Shown here one piece after another: positions 34,156 to 44,600 of a DNA stretch of 45,313 nucleotides. The stretch covers positions 1 to 45,313 of the forward strand of contig DF237617.1 in NCBI GenBank assembly GCA_000708835.1, given 5' to 3'. The translations under genes were made by a program, and so were the position numbers. Within the stretch, counting starts at the first letter, position 1. Each line of letters begins with the position of its first letter. Origin of the DNA: Klebsormidium nitens. Lineage: Eukaryota > Plantae > Klebsormidiophyceae. The notes beneath the pieces were generated by a model, which was not told where the DNA came from, did not search any database, and worked only from the letters and a program-made list of their open reading frames with translations.

Positions 34156-37100
34156 CTACTCCACGTCAAGCACCACTTTCCCGCGGACGTCCTTGCTGTA
34201 CTGCAGCGCCTGCGCCTCCACCACGTGGCTCAGCGGCAAGTGTTTCCCGACGTCGATGTGCAGCGTCCCGTCCGATGCCAGCCGTGCGATCTCGTGCAGC
34301 GCATCCTCGTCGGGCCGCATCACCGCCCACGAATAATCTGCGAGAACGGGGTTTTCTTTCTAATCGTTATGCTTCAACGCAAACCGTAGAGTGAGCGTAA
34401 GGTTCCCCCGATCCTCCAGTACCAGGGGGATGCACGACCGGTCAACAAACGAACGAGGGGAGGGGTCCAGACTTAAGTGCTTTTAAGATCAAGAGACTTC
34501 CAGATCCACTTTAAAAGGAACCGCGAACGAGGGGCTTGTCAAGCTTTTAGCATTGGCCTTCTGCAAAGCTGCCTTAGCAATCGCATCTAGATAGCCTGCT
34601 GTCAACGTAAACCAACCCTTCCGAACGAGAAGAAGAGCGCCTTGATTCCAGCAGTGCCGCAACCGGTGCGGCGAATCCAGTCTACTCTGCGAGGACTTTC
34701 ACGAGAGCACCAGACCCTAGCGGCCTCGAAGATGAATCTCACACCGCAATCCCAGATTCAGCTTCTGTATCGCCTCACAAACTCAACACCTACAGAAAAG
34801 CTGCCGCTGTCAGCGCGCCTGGTGAAAGGAAAGATAATTTCACACCCGAAGGACGCTCATAAACTTCCAGCAAATGTCGGCCCAACTTTCAAACGACAAA
34901 CCAGCACAACATGCCGGTCCGAGCCGTATACTGCAGCCACTTCCTACGTGTAAACCCTTGGTGTCGTCCAAACTCCCTATTAAGACCTCGCCCCTCCCAC
35001 GAACCACAACCGAAATGATTTTAGATAAGGCGAAAGTGGACACTCACCAACCCCGTGCGAGTACTGGAACTGCAGCCGCTTTCTCGCGAGTTGCGCCACC
35101 GAGGCCGCCCCCCCGGCCACGATCCCCAACTCGTCCGTCAACCGGGCAGTCTCTCCGTGCAGCGTGACATAGTGCCCGCCCTTGCGCAGAAGCTCGATTC
35201 CCAGTTGTTCCGTCTCCGGCTTTCCCAGTGCGTCCAAAACGACGTCGTAATGGCCCTCCGCCGCTTGCTTCACTTCCTGCGAGGAGGCAATGCTACCATA
35301 AGCTATTGGAATCGAAGAAGATACGGAGTTTCTTAGGGAGTCCTTCGTCCTCGGTCGAACCGACCTGAGCCGCTCCATCTCTGAGATGGCTGAGCGGACC
35401 CAAAACTTGGCCCATTGCCATCTGCTGCACTGTTTCTGGTCGCAACAGGACGGGCCCCAGAGAAGCCGTAAAGTATTTTCGGGTCAGCCTAGTCGAGCAG
35501 CCAACCTCTGAGCGGCCCACTCTTGTTCGAGTGTGGGCCCAAGCGGGGGGCAAATGTTGACCGCCCACAAAATCGTGACATGGACGGGATCTGCAGAAGC
35601 TCTCCAGGAAGACAAAGCGGTGTTGAGCATCTCATCCGCGTCCGCGATGATTACATAGACATTCTCGGACAGATCCTTAGCGAGCAGAGACGACCTTCAA
35701 AAGCAGTGAGCAATATCCCGCGTTTTGATCCTCTTAACTTCTTCCTCCCTGGGACCCGAGCATAGCCACAGTTTCTAGCGAGCCTCAGGCAGCAGCAGAG
35801 TAATCTTTCATCAACTCGGCACTACCTCTTCCTTATTTCTGCTTGGCCTACTATCTATTCCTCCTGAAGCCGGAACAGCTCTCACCACGCCCCCATATTG
35901 GCCTACGGTCAAAAACACGTCCCTGCCCCCCATACCTGCCAACAACCAGAAACGAGTTCAGACTCCAAAGAAACGGAACGATGTCCTGTTTGCCTCACCT
36001 TTGCGCTCTTTGCGTAGTGGATCGCGTGGCTCGCCCCCACTTTCTTGACGATGTCCATGCTACGGTTGCCACACGTGCAGCTCACGTCGGCCCCGGCAGC
36101 ACGCGCCAGCTGGATTGCAGACAGGCCCACAGCGCCCCCCGCTCCAAGCACCATCAACCGCTGCCTGCACTCGAAATGAGGCCAAATCTTCCATACGTCG
36201 AAGTACTTTCCGGGAGGTAGACTGTCTCATTGTTAAGACAGTCCGTTGGTTGAAGTCAGTCCATGATTAAACAATTGGTACAAACAGCCCCACCGCGCCC
36301 CCTGCTCCCAGCACCATCAGACGCTGCCTGGAAACAGAAATGGAGCCAAAGTCTCCTTACTGTTTGATAGACTAGTTGTTAGAAACTCCGTGAATGGTTG
36401 ATGGGAGTCCGGACTGGAGGACTGGTACTCGAGCAGATACTTCAGGAAAACTCTGCGTCGTTAAGAACCTGGTTTCAAAAGCCTAGAAGTTCCAAGAACG
36501 ATGGCATTTACACTTGTGTGACAACCTGTACATCTCCTTAAAATGCTCCGAAGAATCAAAGCCCAACCTCTGATCTGTTTGATTGGTTTTTAAGCAGTGT
36601 TAACAACTTTGAAAGAAATGAAAGAAGTAGCATGTGGTCACCTGCAGCAGGTAGCACAGTTCCTGGGATCGTTTGTCCACGAAGGGGCTACCCTACCATA
36701 GGTTCAATGGGTACTGGTGGCATACGCCATGGTCCTGTGCAATTCTGATTTGTAACCTTCTTCATTCCCACACCAATCAAGCAATATTGGGTGTAATTGG
36801 TCATGAATCCTCGCAGCTTCTGTACAATCATCCACCTCCACCAGGCACCCTCTCTTCCAAACAAACCTTTCAGAAGATTCTCCTGAAGCTGCACCTCACC
36901 CCTTTTTCAGCTTTCCAATGCTCCGCACAGCCCTCCAAGCCGTGAGCGCCGCAAACGGTATCGTCGCCGCCTCCCGGTGCGAGAGGTTCTGCGGTTTTGG
37001 TTGCAGCTCCGAGCAGTCTGCGACCGTGTACTGACTGTATGTCCCGAAGACAGCCGTCGGATGCAGGGCTCCAAATACGGAATCCCCAACTTTGAAGCTT

Positions 37101-38132
37101 CCGATGCCGGATCCTAACGCTGCGACCTCGCCACTTAAGTCCCGGCCCAGGACCAAGGGTAAGAGGGGCTCAAAGATGGACCTTCCGTAGCCTTCTCGTA
37201 TCTGCAAGAGTCATTTAATGGTACTCTATTAGGAGTTTGAACGTGAAAAGACTTGAGGGGCCAATCGGTCAGACGGCGTATTCTGTGCGCTCCAGATACC
37301 CAGATTGAAAGTGAGCGCTGTTCATACTGAAATTACTTTGGTTAAATGGTAAAATCGAGATGGAGACGAGGATTTGGGGTGCCTTTGGCTTTCTTCAGTT
37401 GCCAGGGCACTGATGGCTGGCATCTCTAACTTCAGCAGGTGCGCCCCAGTAATGATTGCAATACGTTCTGATCAGCGGTACGATTGGAACGGGTGCACAT
37501 TCGCAGAGTGGGTGCACATTTGCAGAGTTCTTTGTTAAAGAGTGGTGAGAGTTTTGGCGCACCACTTCTGAACCTTCCATGCTTGTAACTGGCTGGTAAA
37601 TTTCAATGCAAATTGCTGATAGGAGAGCGGCACCCAAGTTTCTCTACAGTGGCTGATCCTACATCAAAGAAGCATTCCATGGCTCCGTCTGAAAGTCTAA
37701 ACGACGCTTTTACGCAATCTGCATAAGAAAGTGCTCTCCGTAGCGACAGCGGATATTCATTTCTGTGAATCCCCCACATCATAGAAGATGAAAGGAATCT
37801 GGAAAACTTCATAGAAGGTTTGCATGATCACCCCGGGTGCACTTAAAGCAAGCTGTCATTGCCCTCACCCGCACGTCGAGCGGGTTGATCGCCGCCGCAT
37901 GCACCTTGACCAAGACTTGCCCCGCCTTGACCGGGGGCACGTTCACACCGTCCCTCAGCTGCAGAACTTCGGGGCCGCCAAAACGGGGCAGCACCACTGC
38001 CTTGCACCGCTGCACCGCCTGATGGCCCTCCGCGCCCCTGCATGCCGTCGATGCGAATGCGCGGCATTGCTCGAGGTCAGCTGCGGACCATCGAAGAAGC
38101 CACGCCTTGTGCCAGACGCCTCGAAGGGCCAT
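34156..38132 (-). CDS. Reticulon-4-interacting protein 1-like NADPH oxidoreductase (MDR/quinone-reductase family), probable mitochondrial presequence
   Basis: Exons 37869-38132, 36900-37201, 35999-36164, 35048-35276, 34156-34337. Motifs: FGGPEVL, VKVHAAAINPLD, LPLVLGRDLSGEV, IPFAALTAW, VLGAGGAVG, YDVVLDALG, RGKVVL. Confidence 0.92.
36115..36430. repeat. ~163-bp tandem duplication spanning the intron 2 acceptor and the start of exon 3 of the RTN4IP1-like gene
   Basis: About 36121-36280 aligns with about 36284-36430. The upstream copy keeps its AG acceptor and reads QRLMVLGAGGAVGLFVPIV*. Confidence 0.85.
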
Positions 38133-39149
38133 GTTGCGCTCGTGAAACAGTTGTTGACGTCAGGCGGCAGCCTGAGCAGGCTTCTTTCCGCTGAATTTCC
38201 AATTTCCTAGGTAGTGAAAAGCAACCGTCGCGCGCGGCGGGGCCGCGCGCCAGCCTTCGGACGGCCCGGGTCCGATGGACTCGGAACCGGCGTCGCGGCC
38301 TGCGCGCGCTCAGCCTGTCACGGGGCGGCGCGAGTCTCAAATCCCACCTAACTCGCTCGGCCGTCCGATGAGCAGGGTTTCTGTGAGCACCGTCGATAAG
38401 GGATTTCGGCCGGAAGCAGTGAAAGTGCCCGGTCTGGCCCCATACCCATAAGCTATGCGCCTAGGCCATCTTAAAAGCCACATTGAAGGCTGCCTGACTC
38501 GCAAGACCACTTGCAAGGTTCTGGCAAGCCGCGAGCCTTCCATGTCACTGTCACTATGTACACTGAGCTAAGCCACTCGGCTGAGCGGCCCCAAGTCTTC
38601 GCGTTGGCCCTCCCCCAAGTGCACTCAGCCAAGGACCTACATTCTGTTCCACGAACTGTGTCACCATATGTATGTGAACTTCTGGATTCAAAGATTGCGC
38701 AAGGATTCAGCAGCGCTATGGTGAGCGAGAGGCGAGATCGACCATTACAATGATCTGGTCGCGTCGCAATATTGCAACTCCTGATCAAGGTGTGTGTGCA
38801 ATACGCCGCCGGTGGACCTTGGCATTTTTGCGTGTGCAATCATCATTCAAGTGCACAACTCTCTTTTTGATCGCATTCAACTGAAGTGCTGACGGCGAGC
38901 TGGGGGCATTTGCTCTATTGAGCTTCTTGGATGTTTTCCAGCCTATGCCGCTTGCTTTGCAAGAGGAGGGTGGTACTGTACTTTCAAACGAGTTGAATTT
39001 CAATGGAACTCATTGGGGCAGGGCGTTCAACTTTGACACATAGCTGCGCTTATCATGCGACACAATCAGGTTGTTATGCCTCCCTTGCGTGCGCGTCGCT
39101 GGTCGCCGCTATTAGCAGTGGTCTTTACTACCGTGGACGTAGTGTCTTC

Positions 39150-40350
39150 AGAGGCTGAAAGTCAAAACTCTTGTTGTGAAGAGCTTAGAAGCTTATATCA
39201 AGAGAGAAGTTTTGACTGGTTGGCGCTATCACACACAACCATTGAGAATCTTGCGTGGAATGGTTGGCCTTGCGAGGGAGTCAAAAATTCTGTCTTAAAA
39301 AGCTCAAATGCTTATATCAAGAGGGAAGTTTTGACTGGTGGGCGCTATCACCCACCGCGTTTTGAGAATCTTGCGTGGAATGGTTGGCCTTGCGAGCGAG
39401 TCAAAAGTTCTGGTCTGAAAAGCTTATTTGCTTACGTCAAGTGGAGACTTTTGACTGGTGGGCGCTATCACTATATCACTCACAACACCTGTTGGATTGT
39501 TGGTAGAATGCATGGTCGGCCTTGCGAAGAAGTCAAAACTTCGGTCTTCTGAGAGTTCAAATGCTTATATGAAGAGGGAACTTTTGCCTGGTTGGCGCTA
39601 TCACCCACAGTGTTGAAAATCTTGCGTGGAATGGTTGGCCTTGCGAGGAAGTCAGAAGGTTTATCTTGAAAAGCTCAAATGCTTATATCAGGAGGGGATT
39701 TTTGAACGGTGGGCGCTATCACCATATCACTCACTGTTGGTAGAATGCATGGTCGGTCTTGCAGCGAGTCAAAAATATCTGTCGAATTGCTGGTGGGATG
39801 GTCGGCTCTGCGAGGAAGTCAGAAGTTCTGTCTTGAAAAGCTCAAATGCTTATATCAAGAGGGAACTTTTGACTGGTGGGTGCTATCACCCACAGCTTTT
39901 GAGAATCTTGCGTTGAATGGTCGACCTTGCGGAGAAGTCAGAAGTTCTGTCTTGAGAAGCTCAAATGCTTATATCAGAAGGGATCTTTTGACTGGTGGGC
40001 GCTATCACTCACAACATCTATTGGATTATTGGTGGAATGGTCGGCCTTACAATCAGGTCAGAATTTCTAACCTCAGAGGATGAAAAGCTTTTACTCACGA
40101 GGGAGCTTTTGACTGTCTTGCGCTATCACTTACAAATTTTTGGGAAAATGGACGAAATCTATCACGAGTCAAAAGTCTCGTCCTCAAGCGATGAAAAGCT
40201 TGTACATACAAAGGAACTTTTGACTGGTGTGCACTATCACTCACAGCGTTCTCCAAAAAAGACGGTCTTGCCTACGAGTCAAAAGCTTTGACCTAGAGGT
40301 ATACAAAGCTTCTACTCATGGAGGAAGTTCTGACTGGTTGCCACAGACGG
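39150..40350. repeat. Minisatellite array, about 10 units of about 119 bp, with two alternating unit types
   Basis: The core aaagctcaaatgcttatatcaagagggaacttttgactggtgggcgctatcac recurs at about 39193, 39312, 39432, 39565, 39683, 39850 and 39969. Degenerate copies lie at about 40089, 40199 and 40308. Confidence 0.92.
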
Positions 40351-40752
40351 TTTGGAAATGCCACTGGAAGTTTGGAAATGGCTGCCCGTGTGAGCGCCCA
40401 TGTCTTGCACAGGGTTGCCGCGACTCTCTCAGCGCTTATGCTTTTCACGACAACATCTTATCTGCAGGCTGGCAACGGTCAAGGGGTTATGCCGACTTCA
40501 AGTCTGGTCCATGGTACTTTTGGCCCACATGCTGCCAGTTCTCGCCCAACCTTGCCGCGTTGCACCAGCACGGGCCTCTCCGGACCTTGTCAACCTTCAG
40601 CAAGCACCGCCAGCTTGTGCCAACATGCTCCTTTCTTGCCCGTGAGATTAGCCAACGACCCTTAAATTTTCGCATCGATCATGAGTAGGATTGTGCGTTT
40701 TGCAAGAGCTTAGGGATAAGATGCGGGCTCAAATGCCAGAGTCTGCTTTGCC

Positions 40753-41469
40753 TTGAGGTGGATGCTGATGGCGCTGTTCCAAGATGCAAGAGAACCCACT
40801 AGAGTCTTGCAAGAGCTTAGGGAGATTGAGAACGACCAAAGCTCAGAGCTTCTCTTTCGTTTCCGTGGCAGGATGGACCCGGCGACGGTCTCTCGAGATG
40901 TGAAAGAGCCTTCCGATGTCGTGCTCCTCGCCTCAACCAACCCCGCCGCCAACGCACAATTGCATGAGGCGCTAGCCCGTGGTCAAGCCGTCCGGAGCTA
41001 CGCGGCAGTCCACTTCCAGGGCTCGGCTCCACTTTTTGGCGACATCAGAAGCGTTCCGGCTGCCGTCTCGCCCCTGCCAAATGCTGGGGGCGTGCGAGGA
41101 GGGCGCCCGTCCTATGCAGCCAAGCAGGGGGGCACGGACTTTATGTTCGACTATGGGTTTGCCTTCAGTCTGCGGCCTGCTGGAGCTTTTGCTCGAGGCG
41201 GACTTGGATCGACGTGCATCGGGCGCATTTGTGGCGGAAAGGGGGCGGTCTACGCAAGGGGAAGTGAGCCGTTCATCTGGGAGAGGAAACGGAACCGGGG
41301 TGGGGCACTGGTCTGCCGAGGTGGGGGAGGGCACCTCCTGTGCTTGCGGTGCGTAGAGGCCGAGTATGAAGCTGGTCGCCCCTTTGTCTCGAGCGCGAGC
41401 GGATGCCCCGTTCCTCAGCAAGAGCTCTTTACCAAGTATGAAGCCTTCCCCGGGACGAAGGAGCTTTGA
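40753..41469 (+). CDS. ORF in frame with the downstream transposase, separated by a single TGA; probable 5' part of the transposon ORF
   Basis: Same frame as ORF 41641. The only stop between 40720 and the donor at 42700 is TGA 41467-41469. It contains a Cys/His cluster (LVCRGGGGHLLCLRC). Confidence 0.55.
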   Translation: MRWMLMALFQDAREPTRVLQELREIENDQSSELLFRFRGRMDPATVSRDVKEPSDVVLLASTNPAANAQLHEALARGQAVRSYAAVHFQGSAPLFGDIRSVPAAVSPLPNAGGVRGGRPSYAAKQGGTDFMFDYGFAFSLRPAGAFARGGLGSTCIGRICGGKGAVYARGSEPFIWERKRNRGGALVCRGGGGHLLCLRCVEAEYEAGRPFVSSASGCPVPQQELFTKYEAFPGTKEL

Positions 41470-41640
41470 GAGGTACAGTCAGGGGAGGAGGCGAGTGAGG
41501 GCGGCCATCAGTTCTTTGTTCAAAGACGGGATCTCGACCCGTGTCTGCACTGTCGCGTTGAGCCCAAGGGGGATGCTCCAGCGAGGCGCGGTGTCAAGCG
41601 AGCCCTTGAGGAAGAACCAAACCCACGAGAACTCGGCCCG

Positions 41641-44600
41641 ATGGCAATCCTGTCAGAGATGGGCCGGAGCAGAATCCCTCCAATGGCTGTTGCTCCCGGC
41701 CTATTCCTCGTCCCACAGCTCGACGCCTGTAGTGGGCGCCTTCTAGACATCTCGACGACAAATCGGGGCCTCGTCAATGTGCCTCGACTTGTCAAGGTTG
41801 ACCACATGGGCAGCTTCCAGTGTCTATGCGGCCAGAGGGGGTGCCGGGATCACGAAATGGCGTTTTTGGAAGAGACACGGCGCATGAGCGGCTGGTGGCA
41901 CGGCGGGGAGGCCATCTTCACGGCCTTTGACGAAAGCCGCCCGTTTGTGCGGGAGGTCACGAGCGGCGTGCCGTGGTTGTTGCCACTGAACCACAGAGGG
42001 TGCGTGGGGAATGTGTTGCACGGGCCAGATGCGGAGGCGTGGAGGGGTGGGCCACAGCTTCGGGTCTTTGTCATGAGCAGTCCCGGAGAGACACCGGTGG
42101 TTTGCACGCTCGAAGGCACCAGCACGCACTGCAGCGGCATCGAGTGTGCGGGGCAGGAGAGGTGTCAACACCTGTCGAGGGTGTGCTCGAAGCAATCCTT
42201 GCCCCAGAGCGAGCCCTCAGCCAACGGGGCGATGCGACCCCTTGCTGATCGGCGGGCAGAAAGGGTCGAGCAGCGGGAAGCCGGTGCCAGGAGGCTCATG
42301 GTCTGCAACGACCCCCTTTGTCGGCGGCCGGACTCGAAGGTCGAGTGCACACACCAAAAGACGTCCGAGCCCTGGGAGTGCCTGCCGGCGGCGGCGCTTG
42401 ACATGGGCCACAGCCACAAGAAGATTGACACGATCATGAGTAGAGGTGGGGCGAGTGTCACGAGCCTCTGCGAGCGCTGGGGCGAGGAGGGCGTGCAACG
42501 GAGGGACAAGGCGAAGCACTTCTGTGCACCTCGACCCTTGGACCCGCTCTCTCCCTGCGGCCGCCCATGGCAGGTGGAGATCAGAAAGGCTGCCCTGACG
42601 ACGGCGGGGGCACGCTACGAGGTTACTACCTATCGGAGGGTCTGCCGGATTGCTCCGGGACGAGAGGCGGCATGCTGCTCGGTTGCTTACGACGGCCAGG
42701 TGAGTATCACTCTTCAAAATCATCTCCTCTCGCAATTCTCTTCTTCTCCAATCGAGCCATCGCTCTTCTATCTCTAGCATCACGGGCCTCCCTGAAACCT
42801 CGTGGTCCATTATGCTCTTGGAGCGCTTTTAGGATCAATTTCCATTTGAGATAGTATCGTGCTTTGCATGACGGTCTTGGATCAGGCACCCATGGTAGGC
42901 CGGAAAGATCACGGATTTGATAATTGCGCCGGGCATCCATAGTGGTCACGCAGTCCAGGAGATTGTATCGCCTTCCAATACAGTCATCGCAAACTACTGC
43001 TTCATGATGAGGAGGGAAGGGCCATCGAAAGCATAGATTGGACTGCTTGCACGATAAACATGCTTGCATTGGATACACTTTGATGCAAGGATGTGGGCCT
43101 GGCAAAGGCATCTTGGTTGATTGTGGATAGCTGTGCACTTTTGTCCCAACGTAATCGTACGCATCCTTGCACGTACATGCGGCAGCTGAGAGATCTTCCA
43201 GATCGAGCTTTCCATTTTCAGCAATGATACTGAGCACTGACCCAAATTGTGCGTTGGTGTTCATGCCAGATGTCCACCTTCTGCAATGGCCATTGAAAGA
43301 AGCAGCATAATCTGAACGCAATGACAATTGATCTTCTTGACTGCTGCTTGATTACAGGAGGACGGCATCTTCAACTTCTCCGGCACGACGCTCCTCTCGC
43401 ACGGCCTCCTCCTGCGCAACCACTTTGCGGCGGCCCTAGGGGCAGCCCACAGCCTCAACTTTGAGGCCGGCGACATGGCCGCGAGATGCCTGGAGGGGCT
43501 CGGAGTCCCTAGGCTAGACGATCGGGTGTTCGACTCGGCCATGCAAGCCTTCAACGACCTGGCGGCACGCGCACGGATCCAGCACGTGTGCTCGCGCTCC
43601 AATTGCGCGCACCTGTACACGAGCGAGGTGGAGGCGGCCGAGGCGGAGGCGCATGCATCTGGCGTCCCTCTGAAGGCGGAGCGAACGGAGGGGTTGACCT
43701 CGGATTTGGCAACGTACGCGTTTGGGCGAGACAAGGTCATCACCTTTGACGGCACCTTCTTTGCCAACGCAAGCGCCATGCGAGACTCGACCACGGAAGT
43801 GTCGCTGCATAGCATATGCGAGCCGGATCCGGGGGCGCCCAGGGTTGCTGGCGGCTTCACTTCACTGAGCGTGGGCGGGGTGCGGCCCTCACAGGGCGGA
43901 AGCCGAGCGCCTTTGGACGTGGCGCCAGAGGGGATCGACTGCCCTTGGAAGTACCGAAACGGACTTTCTGAGTTGCGGCCGGCCGTGCGATCACTCGTGC
44001 AGAGGTGGTGCAACTTCCGAAAAGCTGCGGCCCAAGGGAGCAACGCGCCTTTAAAGCCGGAGGAATTTGTCATGATGCGAGAAGGGCTGCCGGCAAATGT
44101 CGTTGCCCTGATCGACTTCGTGACGGAGGCGGAGGCGTGCGCCGACCCTGCCACGTGTGCCGTCTGCCAGGCGGTTCCGAGGCGGCCTTGGATGCAAGGG
44201 TTTCTCAAAGAGGGGCCGGTGGGGCCAACCGGTTGGTGCCCAACCCACTTCCAACCATACGGAGCCCTGCTCCATACCCTGCTCATTCCGAGGTACTCCT
44301 GGGTGTTTGGGCGCATCGTCACCCTCAAGCTGTTGCGCCACTTGCTATTGGAGGGGCCCCTCGACGCGCGAGGCATGGCATACCTCTCCAACGACGGCCC
44401 CATGCTGGCGGCCGTTCTGCGCCTCCATCCCACGGCAGAAGGGTTGCACGCATTCCCTAGGACGTTGCGGCCACTCGTGCGGGACATCTACGCCACGAAC
44501 CTCCTGTGCTTTGAGCCCAGTGCGAACCGGCCCAGCTCGCACAATTCGCGGTCGCCTCTGGCTGCCCTCCATGACGCGACCGAACACCTGTGGACGATCG

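Noticed and set aside
39055-40291. ORFs 39055-39552, 39626-39916, 39709-40083 and 39995-40291 as a repeat protein (LEKLKCLY looks LRR-like)
   Set aside because: Unit lengths of 118, 119, 120, 133 and 167 bp shift the frame between units and stops are frequent. They are by-products of a non-coding satellite.
39150-40350. CRISPR-like repeat-spacer array
   Set aside because: The regions between conserved cores are homologous to each other (two alternating types), not unique spacers. The context is eukaryotic and there are no cas genes.
15580-41469. Stop-codon reassignment or RNA editing as a common explanation for the in-frame TAG, TAA and TGA
   Set aside because: IMP3 and the RTN4IP1-like gene end at TAG at their expected C-termini, and several other genes end at TGA. 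The copy C lesion is a splice-site loss that editing of a stop cannot fix.
43261-44487. 408-aa minus-strand ORF whose stop overlaps the nested gene's ATG (ATGA)
   Set aside because: It is the antisense shadow of the GC-rich transposase exon and has no recognisable motifs. The overlap is noted but unsupported.
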